A stretch of DNA of 64,000 nucleotides from Octopus vulgaris (taxonomy: Eukaryota), in assembly GCA_951406725.2 (NCBI GenBank), contig OX597818.1:65720001-65784000 (forward strand), read 5' to 3'. This document shows positions 38,136 to 52,300 of the stretch, piece by piece. Made by a program: the position numbers and the translations under genes. Below the pieces are notes generated by a model that was given only the letters and a program-made list of their open reading frames with translations, had not been told where the DNA came from and did no database searches. Each line of letters starts with the position of its first letter. Within the stretch, counting starts at the first letter, position 1.

Positions 38136-40104
38136 ATCCAAGACTTATAACTGTTACACAGTAATTCCTTTTAATGTCTATGTGGCGTTGTATACGTTTA
38201 TCCATTCTGCTCTTTCAATATAAATTACGTTCACTTCAAATAGGTGAGCGTTCCCTGTAACATTGTTTGAAAAGGAATGGAGGCTATTTTATTCTGTAGA
38301 ACTTTTTCACTTTTATCATCATTTTCCTGCCCGTTAAATATTCATTTTTCCCTTCAAGTCGTTGTGTTTTGTTTTCGCTAATAATCTAAAATATAAATAT
38401 ATTCTTCATACAAAATGCGAAGCCACAAAACTTATCCAAATTTTCTGAAATGTATTCCAGTTTTTATTCTTTTTCTAGGTTAGAAATTTTTGTTCATACG
38501 TGTATATTTATTTATCATTTATGTCCCTTTATTATTTTTTTTTCTTCTTAGAATTGATGAATTTTAATTACTGTGTCTTTTAATGAATATTAAACAGATG
38601 TTTTATTTATGAAATGCTAATTAATACGATTCAAAGGGAAAGAATAACAATTTTGTGCCTTCCTTATTTTAGTTTTTGCAGTCATATCGAAATATGCCTT
38701 GTAGGCACCTGCAGTTTTCTTCTGAAATATTTGCAGACTGATTATTAATGGAGATATTATAGATGATATGGTAGAGCGTAACACTATACAATTTATGACA
38801 ACGATAAGAATTAAAATCATATTGAATCAACGTGAGGTTCTTCGTGACGCTGACATTCTTCGGTCCCCTTCTCATCTTAAAAAATGTGTGAATTGTTAAG
38901 GAAGTAAAACATTATCAGAAAAAAATTATACTTGCATTAAATGAGGTCTTCTCTGTATCTAATATAGAAATAGAGGCAGTTGGAATGGTGGCAGAAACGA
39001 TAGCCCCCCGGGCAAAATGCATGCAGGCATTTTGTCGCAATTTTTTTTATTTAACATACAGTGTTCAAATTCTTCGAAAGTCGACTTTACATTTCATCGA
39101 CTTACCACCTCGAAATTTGTCACTTTCAGGCAACATTTGAAATCGATGTACCAATGAAAGAAAACAATATATTATCATCACTCTTTTGCTAATTAGTAAC
39201 ACTGACATAATATAAATTATAATTCTTCAAATACGTCTCGATACATATATTTGAAATATCACCACAAAACTTTGGATAAGAGCATTACGTTAGAAAATAT
39301 AAAATTATAATTCCTGTGAAAACATATATCAATTTATGTAAAAATATAAAATCCAACTTCTGATGAAGTTTACTTTGCAAGTATTACGATCTGAAATCTA
39401 GCGTTGAATAAACATTGTTATAATCTGACGCGGTCATATGGAATATTATTAACAAACTAATTGCGAAAAGTTTGCATTCCCTGACATATTTGTCGCAGTC
39501 CTTCCTTTATGGAAATAATTTTACAAACCATTCATACGTGTACAATTATAAAATGCCCATGTGTGTGTGTGTGTCTGTGTGTGTGTCCGTGTGTGTGTTT
39601 GTGTGTGTACATAACTGTGCATGCATATCTTTACACACTTTCATTTACAGGTGTGTGTGTGCCATATATATATATGTGTGTATGTTTGTGTGTGTGTAAA
39701 AGAGGAAAAGAAAGGGTGAGGCATAACAAGCATCTCAAGTCATATACATCATTTTATATTATTCTTGAATTAGATGAAGTCTTACAAATTTATTTGGGAT
39801 ATGTCAATTGATAAATATATATGAATAGGTGTGTGTGTGTAGGTAGGTAGACAAATAGATACATAGATATGGAGATAGATTGACTGATAGGTAGATATAT
39901 GTGCGCGTGTGTATGTGTCTTAATCCCAAATAGACACGATGGCCGGTGATTCCATGTGATGGGCTTCACAATTGTGGAGTTGTTTCTTATTATTACACAA
40001 ATCACAGTATTAATACGCAAATAAAGAACCTTCATCCAAAAATGCAGTATTGAGCACTCATTGTTCTGTGTGAGTATATATATAAATATATATATATATA
40101 TACA

Positions 40105-40307
40105 TTACTCTTTTAGTCTTTTCCTTGTTTCAGTCATTTGACTGTGGCCATGCTGGAGCACCATCATTAGTCAAGCGAATCGACCCCAGGATTTTGTAAG
40201 CCTAGTACTTATTATATCGGTCTCTTTTGCCGAATAGCTAAGTTACGGGAATATAAACACACCAGCATCGGTTGTCAAGCAATGCTGAGGGGACGAACAC
40301 TGATTCG

Positions 40308-40372
<65 letters not shown>

Positions 40373-40534
40373 CGTTTATTCGACGGGCTTCTTTCAGTTT
40401 CTGTCTACTAAATCCACTCACAAGGCTTTGGTCGGCCCGAGGCTATAGTAGACGACACTTGCCCAATGTGCCACGCAGTAGGACAGAATCCGCAACCATG
40501 TGGTTCATTATCAAGCTAATTACCACGCAGCCAC
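40105..40534 (-). mobile_element. SINE family A
   Basis: Colinear with 62388-62802; central (CA)n(TA)n. Confidence 0.92.
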
Positions 40535-41754
40535 ATATATACATTATTATAGAAATTGTTCTATGCTTATAATTTGAAACCCAATGAAAAATACGATTTC
40601 CCCAGTAAAATACAAAGGAAGGTATATTTTATGGAGTCATTCAATAAACAATAATAACCAGAGACGATAGTAATTTGTTTTGGCACAATTCGCAACCAGA
40701 CAAGCGTTAATGATGATACTGTTTATATAATTCAGTCCACATTACCTATTCAGCCGTCATTCTACTTCATTTGAGAAACTTTTTATGCAATCTTTTAGAC
40801 CATACCTTCTGCATATTATATGAATTATTTATATAAAATGCGTTTATACAAATCACGAAATTGACACAAGTGGATTAATTATCCTCAACTTGGATTTCTG
40901 TTACTGTTATTTCCTAGAAATAAATAGAAGAAAAAAAAAAGGAATCAAACAAAATAAAGCGTTTTTGATGATAAACCATACATTAAAAACAAAATGCAAA
41001 AGAAAAATAATTATGAATCTCCAAGGATTTGCCATTTATAGATTGCAATTAGCAATAGTGTCTACTGCTATTTCAAGAACGTATTAATGGCTGTATAGTT
41101 TTAATGTTAATATGTATTATATATGTTTATTTTTCCAAAACATTTAACAACATGAGTTTGTAATTTTCTCCCAGCTTGATACTGAGTGGCTTTTAATGTT
41201 TTCAGCAGCGGCCTTCTCAATGTTTTATCTCCTGATGCTAATTTATTTCAATTTGTTTGTAAATGATGTAATACGATACATTGTGTAGCAAATAAATACA
41301 ATAGATAAAAAACAAAATAGATATGAAACATGAAATTATAATGCAAATTACTAATCAGTAGCTATTAATAATTTAATTTAAGAGAGACTGGATAATTACA
41401 GTCTTTGAAATGAAATTTGAAAAAAAAATAATCAAAGACAATGAGAACACCATATTTTCTATGCCATTCACGGTTGAAATGTGCATAAAAATAAAATAAA
41501 GTTGAAATACAATGAAGATAGCATAATGTGGCATCCAGGCGTTGTAGTTACGTCTCTTCATCCCACCATCGTAGTTGTATCACATATACTGGAATATACG
41601 GATGAAAGAGTGACTGTTGCCAAATATTTTGCTTCCATAAAACACAGACAGATTTGTCTTTAAACTTTTATCGTAAATAATACAGAAAAGCAATGTTTAC
41701 TTCAACGAATAGAACATAACGCTAGTGGCGCAGTTTTGGTGTAATATTATGTTT

Positions 41755-42184
41755 ATTATTGAGTGAGAGACTAGTGCATTCCATCAGAGAGACACGGCAG
41801 TAAATATTCGAAGCTCAAAATACCCATCATGACTACCTGACCAAATACATGCATCACCACCATGGTAATTATACATCAGGATAAACAGATAATAATCTTG
41901 CAGGAGGGGGGCTACTTAGGATTTTCATCAAGTTGAGTAGCACATTCTACTCAAAACGTGCCTGAATAAGATTTGTTTACCTCATGTTTCTGAGGTAAAT
42001 TATTCAAGTCTCAAACAATTCCTCTCAACACATGGCTATGATTATCCCGCACGACTTTTGCTCAGGAACAGAGATGATCATATCGTCAACCATTAACTGA
42101 CGTGCTCTACTGGTTGCGATGAAACAAGTGACAATCATGTCTGTGATACAGAGCAGAATATTTGCTGTAGCTCATGTTTAATAC

Positions 42185-42248
<64 letters not shown>

Positions 42249-42800
42249 GAGTGAGAGAGCAGTTCATGCCACCAAAGTGACACTGGGGTAAAATATACGA
42301 AGCCCAGTATACTCATCAAGACTATCTGTCTGTTAAAGGGATACTAAGCACATGCATCACAGCCATATGTGCGCGATATGGTGATCTCATATCAAGATAA
42401 ACAGCGCATGACCTTGCAGGTGGGGCCCAGTTAGAATTTCTTTCTGGTCTAGTAGCCCATCCCGCTCAACAGGTCCTTGAATAATGGTTGTTTAAGGATG
42501 TTGAACGAACTACCCATGTTTTCAAAGGTGAATAATCAAAATCTCCAAGAATTCCTTTCAACACAAGGCTATGATGCTCACCTACTACTTCTGCTCATGA
42601 TCAGAGATGCACATATCGTCAGCAACTAAGGGACATGGTCAACAGGTTATGGTCAAACAACTGACAAGCAAATCTCTGGTATTGAGCAGAATATTTGCTA
42701 TAGCCCATCTTTTATACCAAGACAAGACAATGTACATGATAACACTTCCAATCTGTTAAGATCAGAAGCCACGAGAGCAACTGCTTTGTACTGCATCAGG
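41755..42800 (-). mobile_element. Two tandem copies of an unclassified (TAA)n-associated repeat (family D)
   Basis: 41755-42185 and 42245-42800 are colinear (gagtgagaga, cacatgcatcac, cttgcagg, ctcaacacatggctatgat, gagcagaatatttgct) and separated by (TTA)n. Related pieces at ~43115-43150 and 60165-60540. Confidence 0.75.
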
Positions 42801-45282
42801 ACAGTTCTTGTTGTTGTTGTTGTTGTTGTTGTTAATATCATTATTATTATCATCAGCATCATCATCATTATTATTATTATTATTATTGATGTTGTTGTTA
42901 TTCCTTCGTAAAATAGTGTACGTAAAAATACACCATTTACTATAGTCATCTGTCCTGTCACAACAATGGACATGAGACAGATAACACTTTTCTGAAGATG
43001 TGCTCTGTGCCCAATATGGCTGCTCTTTGCAAGACATTAGTCTTGCATAGGATTTCCAGTTGCCTTAAGAAATCTTGAACTTTCAATCGGATTAAGCCCA
43101 ACGCTCAAATCGTAGCACTTCCAATCAGTTAATATCAGGAGCCAAGAGAACCACTTCCTGATACCGCGTCACCAATATGTTACTTTCGGAATCAGAGATT
43201 CCTTATGCATCGAAGATCATTCTTACAACTGTTGCTGTTCCCAACAGAACATATTTCTCGACATATTAAAACTTGTAGAATTTCCTTTCCGTCCATTTTT
43301 AATTGGTATCTACCCACACAAATTAAATGGATTCTGCCAATATTGAGGTACCATTAAAATTCATTGTGAAACGCATTCTTACTTGAAACAAAAACTGAGA
43401 CATAATAAACTTGAATCTCATCAGAAACTGATTTCTAACTTCAGTGCCTTTATGTTTCTATATTCTGGATAGGGAGAGTCTGTAGCGTTTCGTTACATTT
43501 TCCTTATAACAACCTCTGTTACTCCTATGACACATTTGTATTATTTGAATCACAACGAGTGTTCTATCTATTGCCAATCTTTTTAAAATGACAACTGGCT
43601 CAGCGCAAGCGCTTCACTAAAATTTATGGCGCCAGAACTAAATCGTGGGACATGTAACTAACTTTTGTTCATAAAGATTATCTCGAAAGACATAAGGAAA
43701 TATTGGAGGAGGATCCATATTAGAGGTGTAATATGTTAGAGACATGTTTAGAGACATATCCAAAGTAACAGGATTATTGAAAATTGGGTAAGGTTTTGAG
43801 TGTTAACACCTAGTTTTCAAGATAATAGATTCTCATCCTTGCTTTAATATTTCAATTACCTATTAGTACTGGTAACAAAGATACACTGAAGATTTTGTAA
43901 CAAAATGGATACATTAGACAATGATAGAAAGAGCTTTACTCTACTTTTAATGTAAGCAATTTCCAACCACAGTTCCATATCTCGAAATGCATAGGAAGTA
44001 AATTACCGATCGGTAGATATAAATTTGAAATGCAACGCTGCAACTACGATGCAACTTGTCATAGAACGGAGATGAGAGGACCTTAAATTATTACTCACAC
44101 ATTCCTGTGAGAGGCCTTGATTATTCTAACGAAATCCGATAAGATACTGAAATCCAATTAACTAATTATTCATTGGCATGATAAATATTTAACTCAAATA
44201 ATTATTCGCCGTTATAGAGGATAATTAATTATCACGATAATGTCTAATTAAAATGATCAAGTTGGAGTTGTAGATGATCTATATATATAATACACATCAA
44301 ATTACAGGCTTCCCCATTTGTAGAATTATAAGATTTGTTTAAACGTAAGCAATTTCTTGCAGATCCTCTTCTGTTAAAAGCATTCCATATTCTTTGTTCA
44401 AGAAGACCAAACTGGGCAATTTTCACTACATTCCTCCAAATATTTTATAATCGGATGTAATTTTAAATGAAAAAAGAAAATAATTACATAATTATAATAC
44501 ACTGCTTCGGTACTATGATTGTTAACGCGACTATTTTGCTCCTCTTGGAGAAATTGGTATCTCCATCACTATAATCCCTTCCTCTACACACCATTGGAAA
44601 CCCTATTTCCAGACCTCTATTGCAAGCACCGCTGCATTTGCCGATAATGCCACATGTTAAAAAACGGGGTGGGTGAGGCCAGCGATTCGACACCATCAAT
44701 ATTCCCATCAATAATATATTTGAAACCGGAAGCATTAATTCACGTGCTACAAATCAGCAGATAGCAGATAATAATTCTTCGTTAATCACAATTTGAGTGT
44801 ATGTCTTGATGCACCCCGATTTCATAAAATTAAATCAATTAAATAAAGAAACCCCTTCTATATACATATAAAACTGTTTTGTAGAAATAACGATTACTCA
44901 TGTTTCGCCGATCACATTATTTTAATTGTAAATCGAACACATTTAACTGAGTGTTTGTGCATAAATACAAAATAATTACAATGGATATATATTATATACG
45001 TAACTCAAACGTGTCAAATATGTTTATAATCTTTATATTTACAACTAATAAATTATTATACTATATAGGTAGAATATTTTGCCCTTCCTAAAGTAAAACG
45101 GAAAATCCCCTCTCTGTGAAACTAATATAAACAACTTTCGATTATGACTTACCTACTTAACATTATTCCGACATCATATATATTCAGATATCTGATTTTA
45201 TATTACAGGACTAAATTAATAGTGTCGGAAAGAATCACAAAATCATCGACATCCAACAAAACGGTGGTAGTTGTTTTCTGTT

Positions 45283-45516
45283 GAAGGCGACGAGCTGGCA
45301 GAAACGTTAGCACGCCGGGCGAAATGCGTAGTCGTATTTCGTCTGCCGTTACGTTCTGAGTTCAAATTCTGCCGAGGTTGACTTTACCTTTCATCCTTTC
45401 GGGATCGATAAATTAAGTACCAGTTACGCACCGGGGACGATATAATCGACTTAATCCGTTTGTCTGTCCTTGTTTGTCCTCTCTGCGTTTAGCCCCTTGT
45501 GGGTAGTAAAGAAATA
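45283..45516 (+). mobile_element. SINE family B monomer with 17-bp TSD
   Basis: ggtagttgttttctgtt at 45266-45282 and 45517-45533. Confidence 0.95.
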
Positions 45517-46831
45517 GGTAGTTGTTTTCTGTTTTACTTTCTAAAAAACTACATTATCTCTCATACCAGCCTAGAAGCAAACTACAATTCTTTTCATTTA
45601 GAAAGTGGGAAAAAAGCTGTTTAACTTTCCAGATTTATTTTCAAACTAGCAGCATACTCAGAAAATTAATTTTACTGTTGCCAAAAAGGGTTAATGAGGA
45701 AGTGATTTTTTGTAGAATTTGCTAAAATCTGATTTGCTTGTATTTTGACATGTGAGAACCATAAGCCGATTTATGAAGACATTCTAAACTGTTTGCACAA
45801 CACGGATCGAAATTTACAGTGAATGCAAACTTGATATCTAACATATTCTCACTTCAATATTATTTCATTAATATAGTATAAAAGTTTTTTTAAAAAATGA
45901 TATCACCTAGTTTCTAGATCGCTAATCGGGTATATTAACGAGATTACTAGCGGCTTTATACGAAAACCTATTATATGTATTTCCCGAACGCAGACGTAAA
46001 GCTTATGGCAAGAGAAGTAATCTAATATTTGAAGTTTCGTCCTACTCAGTAAATCACCCGAGATTCTAGAGAGAATATCAGGAAATATTAACAAGGAATT
46101 ACCTTAATTGTACTGCAGAAGCATGGCCAAAAACACTAGCTCACACCGAGAATACAATACTTGAAAATGCAAAAGTACAGATGCCTTCTTTTGGACTGCT
46201 GGAAATAACATGTATATATTTTTTTCACCTCCAAAAATTTCAGCCAGAGGCTAAGGCTATGCTGGAGTACCACCTTTCAGTGTGATTGGGTGTTTTTTTG
46301 TATTGCTTTTCGTAAATGAGCTTGACCGAACAGCTCTTTAGTTTGCCGCCTGCCGCGATCAAGGTGCATCGAAGTGAGATAGAAATTTTTCCCGAGGTTT
46401 TTACGATAAATCCATAACTACATATCACAAATCGCTGAGACTGTTGGGAAGAATATTGAATAGTTTTCGACACATGAAACCCGAACTATTACAGCATTAG
46501 GTCTTTATTCATGTTGCAGCAGATGGCATCCATGATATTATGGACGGCCGTACCCTCTAGTGGTCGGTATAACTTTCAATTCTACATTTGGTAGCTAAAT
46601 ATACCTGAACCTTCCATATACAAGAATGCTTATCTCTCACACCTTTTCTCTAAAGAGGAGAGCGTCATTTCATTTCGCCTCCCGCAGTGGCTCATATGAT
46701 TGACAAGGTCACAATCTTTTAGGTCTTGGCTCTGGATTGCTTCCTGCATTGTTAAATAAATCACTCACTGGTTACGAGTCCAGATGAAAAAAAATTTACG
46801 CACCCACACGCGCGCACACATACATACGCAC

Positions 46832-46863
<32 letters not shown>

Positions 46864-47043
46864 CTCCTGTTTAACACACAGCGGGTGCATTGTCGGATCG
46901 TCGGCGAATAAACTGGCAACACTAGCAGGCTTGCTTGGTGAGAAAGGTGACCGTTGCTCACCCTGCGATATCAAAATTGGGAATAGTCAAAGAAGAGATA
47001 ATTCATGCGCAGTCAGCAGCCATCCCAGAACTATGTGTAAATA

Positions 47044-47096
<53 letters not shown>

Positions 47097-47099
<3 letters not shown>

Positions 47100-47444
47100 T
47101 GAGAAAGTCGGTGTGTGAAAGCACGTGGTTGAATATATAGAAAATAGTGAAAAGTGAAAAAACTATAGAATGCTTGTTTTAAAAGGTTAAAAAATATATT
47201 TGAGTCATTAGGTCAGAAGAATGTTATAAAAGTTTTTCATACAGTGACATACTTTTTGAAGAAATTACCGGTTTCGTGATAGATATTTTGAGAAATTTGA
47301 AAAGTTAACACGAAACCGGTAATTTCTTCAAAAACTATGTCACTGTATGAAAAAATTTTATAACATTCTTCTGACATAATGACTGAAATATATTTTTTAA
47401 CCTTTTAAAACAAGCCTTCTGTAGTTTTTCACTTTTTACTATTT

Positions 47445-47447
<3 letters not shown>
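47097..47447. mobile_element. Foldback element (140-bp arms, 30-nt spacer) with hammerhead 3' half
   Basis: Arms 47139-47278 and 47309-47447; GAAACCGGTA at 47312-47321; left-only extension; (TA)n and (TC)n flanks. Confidence 0.85.
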
Positions 47448-47512
<65 letters not shown>

Positions 47513-47515
<3 letters not shown>

Positions 47516-47910
47516 TAACAATTGAGGGTAAAATCTTTAAAAGAAATTATCAGTAGTCAGCGTGAAAAAACCTCGTAAGAGAAAAAATCCGTAAATTCTT
47601 CCTCTTTGAAAATATTCATTTATATTATATTGAGGGTACTACTATTCGTAGATACCAACACGCTAAGAGGGACCAATGCCGGTTAAAACTACTAAAAATA
47701 AACAAAATTTTACCGAATGCAAAACTTCAAAACACATCATTTTAAAAAAGAATTTAGTTACATATCACGTGTGATTTCACATTTAATGCAGAATATGCAT
47801 TTGATGTTCATCAGTGCAACAAACTCAAGAAATATAAGAGAAAACATAATATTACAAGCTCGATAGCCAACCGTAGAATTCGTCGTAGCATGTACGAATG
47901 TTTATCTTTA
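47513..47910 (-). mobile_element. Hammerhead-bearing pLTR-like element in (TA)n
   Basis: About 400-bp complex island between long TA tracts, containing the motif at 47757-47820. Confidence 0.7.
47757..47820 (-). ncRNA. Type I hammerhead ribozyme
   Basis: Minus strand: gttgca-CTGATGA-acat[caaatgcatattctgcattaa]atgt-GAAA-tcacacgtga-TA-tgtaac. 6-bp stem I with one G-U, extended stem II, stem III tca/tga, AUA site. Confidence 0.88.
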
Positions 47911-47925
47911 CATATATATATATAT

Positions 47926-48012
<87 letters not shown>

Positions 48013-48221
48013 TATATACATATATATATTATTTATATCTAAATCTTATTTCTATTTTCAACTCACATACCTTACAATTTTCTCCAGTTTTTGTATGAAT
48101 GAGCTACTCTGTGTCGGACACCGAAATATTAGACCAATAGAGTGTTTCGGGGTCGATTCGGTGTTCGGCACGGGATAGCTTACCTCATGGGCAGGTAAAA
48201 ACTCCGAACTATGTGCATGTA

Positions 48222-48291
<70 letters not shown>

Positions 48292-48984
48292 CATAGAGAT
48301 AGATAGATAGATAGATAGATACAAATAGAGAGGGAGACAGACATAGACAGAGACAGAGAGACAGAGAAATATATATAGATAAGTAGATAGATAGATATGG
48401 CTTATCCATGAGATTACCCTGGGTTTCACGTCTATAAAGCGCTTCTTCAGACCAAAGGGACTGAAAAAATGATGTGAAGATACACGATTTACTGACGAGA
48501 ATCTCATGGTAAACCTATCTATACAGTCTATTAATCTAGAACTTAGAGTGCGCTTCAATTTCGGATTTATTATTTACTAAGGATGTGTGTGTGTATGTGT
48601 GTGAGTGTATTTGTGTGTGGGGTGATGGCGTCGTGCGTGAAATGTATTTCATCTGGACACATAACCAGTGGGTAATTTATTTAGCAATACAGCAGCTACA
48701 ATTGTGTTATGACAAATAGTTAAAACATAATACTGTGAAGAATATATTTGAAATGAATTATACAATTGTCATCAATTTAAGTGAAAAAAGCAAAAGAAAA
48801 GCACCTCTAAAACCCGTTGTTAATAACACAAACAAACACTCAGATTATATAGTGTTAACTTTCATAAATGTTCAGTAAAAACAGCAAGACGCTTCAGTCA
48901 ACATCGACATATAAAAACCTTACTGATTTTCAAAGCGTATAACACGTATTCTATCCTTAAAAGCAAACATACCGTACATGTCTT

Positions 48985-48985
48985 G

Positions 48986-49035
<50 letters not shown>

Positions 49036-49143
49036 AGTATATTATATATATGTATGCATATATATATATGTATATATATGCACGTATATTATATATATAT
49101 TTATATATATATGTATATATGTATACATATTTGTATATATAAG

Positions 49144-49199
<56 letters not shown>

Positions 49200-49306
49200 A
49201 ATATAAATATATATTACATATATGAATATATATATATATATATATAAATATATATATACATATATAAATATATATATATACATATATACATATATATATA
49301 TGTATA

Positions 49307-49349
<43 letters not shown>

Positions 49350-49728
49350 CCACAGACAGGCACACATTTAGACACATGTATGTGTTGTGTTCATCGTTGT
49401 TGTAAAAATATTGTTAATAAAGACCTGTGATACTCAATATTTTTTTAATTTTTTGAATACGTATTGTGAGAAAAGTTAAATAAATGGATATGAATTCAAA
49501 ATCAACAAAAATTGTGTAAAACCATAAAAATTGAATAAAAGATACACAATTCCAAAGCAAGAATCTGTCAGAAAATAATAAAATTGTGTCTGTGCGTGTA
49601 TATATATATATATAGAGAGAGAGAGAGGGAGGGAGAGAGAGAGAGAGAGAGAGAGAGATTAATATGAATATGCGTTCATACAAGCACATAGGCATATATA
49701 TGTATATGTATGTATATATATGTATATG

Positions 49729-49804
<76 letters not shown>

Positions 49805-49999
49805 TATGTATGTATATATATATATATATATATGAATATGTTTATGTATGAATATCTATGTATAAAAATACACATACGCACACACTCACGCATACACACA
49901 TAGAGACACAAACACGTACACAGATGGAACATGCAGACCTACACACTCAAACACACACTCACACACACATATATATATATAGGATTTATTGAGATAACT

Positions 50000-50030
<31 letters not shown>

Positions 50031-50250
50031 AATACATATTCAGATATATGTACATATATATATATATACGTATATATATCTATACATTTATACATATATA
50101 AATATATATACATATATATATATCTGTAGTGAATCGGTATATATATATAATATATAATATGTATATGTAAATATGTATATATTTATATGTATTTCTATTT
50201 ATGTATGAATGTTTGTGTATATATATGTGTGCGTGTGTGTGTGTGTGACA
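48985..50250. repeat. Degenerate (TA)n/(GA)n microsatellite field
   Basis: Long degenerate TA tracts; similar fields at 51778-51915, 52250-52670 and 53255-53545. Confidence 0.95.
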
Positions 50251-51052
50251 TGCGCAACTTTCTCTTTTACTGCTTTTACTGGAAGCCTTTGTAATTTTTA
50301 TAGTTGTTTCATTTCATATGTCATTCTCTTCTATTATTACATTTTTTAAAAAAAATAATATTTCTTGTCACATTCTTCATCGTCATAAGAAATGTAGAAT
50401 ATTTTTTATTAAAATTCAAAGCTCTCGAAATTCTTTTATTTACGAAGTAACTTTTCTAAAGCATACAAATTTTCTAAACGCACACAAAGAAAATATTGGC
50501 AAACAAACAAATAGCAGTTCAGGTTATATATTATATAACGAGAGAGGGTTATGGAATACGTTGCGTAAACTGGAAAAACGTTGGAACAAATTATTTCTGT
50601 TTAAAAGTTGTGCAGTGGAGAAAACAAGTTTATCAAATTGAATACTAACACACATAACCATGCAGACGCAAAAAGATGTATCCACATAGATATATACATA
50701 GAGAGACTTATACGCTAACATGTAAATATGTTCGTACACACATAACTAAATACGTAAGATGAAAGTGAAGCCGTGTGTATATGCGCTTATATTGTGGAAT
50801 ATATGCAAACATTCAAATATCTGTAATTAAGTATATATTTGAGCAGAGAAATGAACTGATAAGGAACACACAAAGACGTTCTTTCATTCACGTAAATATA
50901 AGTTTGCCGCACAAGGACATGTTTATGTGTGTCTTTATGCATGAATATCTATGTATAAAAATACACATACGCACACACTCACGCATACACACATACAGAA
51001 ACAAACACGTACACAGATGGAACATGCAGACCTACACACTTAAACACACACT

Positions 51053-51084
<32 letters not shown>

Positions 51085-51774
51085 TAGGATTTATTGAAAT
51101 AACTGTAAATATATACACAAACATAATTATAGGTAAAATATATATATATATATATATATGTGTGTTCATATGCACTTTCTGTATGTGTTGTATTTGTGGG
51201 GGCAGTAAATTATTTTTCCACAAAAATTTCATTTGTGCTCACATATGTTATCTTAGCTATTTGTAAATATGTTCCATGCATAATTCTTATTTATGTATAT
51301 ATAGATACATACTAACATACATTAATACACTCACACATATATATGTATATATACCTATATATGTGTCTTTGTCTTTCACACACACACATATACATAAACA
51401 CACATATATACATTTGCATCAGTATGTACAACTACGTTGCGATTGCGTGTGGGTGATTTCTGTTTGTGTTTCGCTTAGAATGTTTCAATGTTTGAATAGG
51501 TGTGAATGTGTGAACATTTTCAGGTTCACCCACCCAGTTTTAATGTCGGTCTCTGTTTCAATGTGGAGAAAGCAAAGTTGTATAAAAGAAATGAAATCAG
51601 AACCTATGTGTTGTGAGATATTTCACAATGCATAAGATTATAACAATGAAGACAGGCTGTTCTCTATAGTGTGGAAATGAATAAAGCAAAGAAGAAACGT
51701 GAAAGAGAACTGTTTAAAACAAGGAGGTGTGTTTTCTCAATGTTTGATTTTGTTTTTGCCTTGGTTTCATCGTT

Positions 51775-51835
<61 letters not shown>

Positions 51836-51846
51836 CATATATATAC

Positions 51847-51911
<65 letters not shown>

Positions 51912-52249
51912 TATAACATGTGATGTTGATGCAAATCATTGTTATTGGTGCCTCTGTCATACTCGCGATTGTTCTCCTTATTTTATTTGTCATTTTATTT
52001 ATTCAGTTTGTATAGCTTCATTTTCCTTCAAATGCCGACCTCTTAGAAAACATCTCCCAGTTTTTTTTCCGCTCCTCTTCAAGCATTTCAGTAACTCTTC
52101 CCTATTTTGTAGCTCAATATTTGGGTTTTTATTCTCCCCATGTATTTTATTTAACTCCTTCTCTAACTTCCATTCTTAATCATGTAAAAGAGTAAAATAA
52201 AAATATTAAAAACACTAAACACTCATTCATGCGTTCTGTTTTTGTTTTT

Positions 52250-52300
<51 letters not shown>

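Noticed and set aside
38737-38900. Possible exon after ttgcag
   Set aside because: No recognisable domain and no supporting neighbouring exons.
39360-39405. CTGATGA...GAAA as a hammerhead
   Set aside because: No stem III, NUH site or stem I.
43626-43650. tggcgccagaac as an LTR primer-binding site
   Set aside because: Partial match only; no LTR pair or gag/pol remnants recognised.
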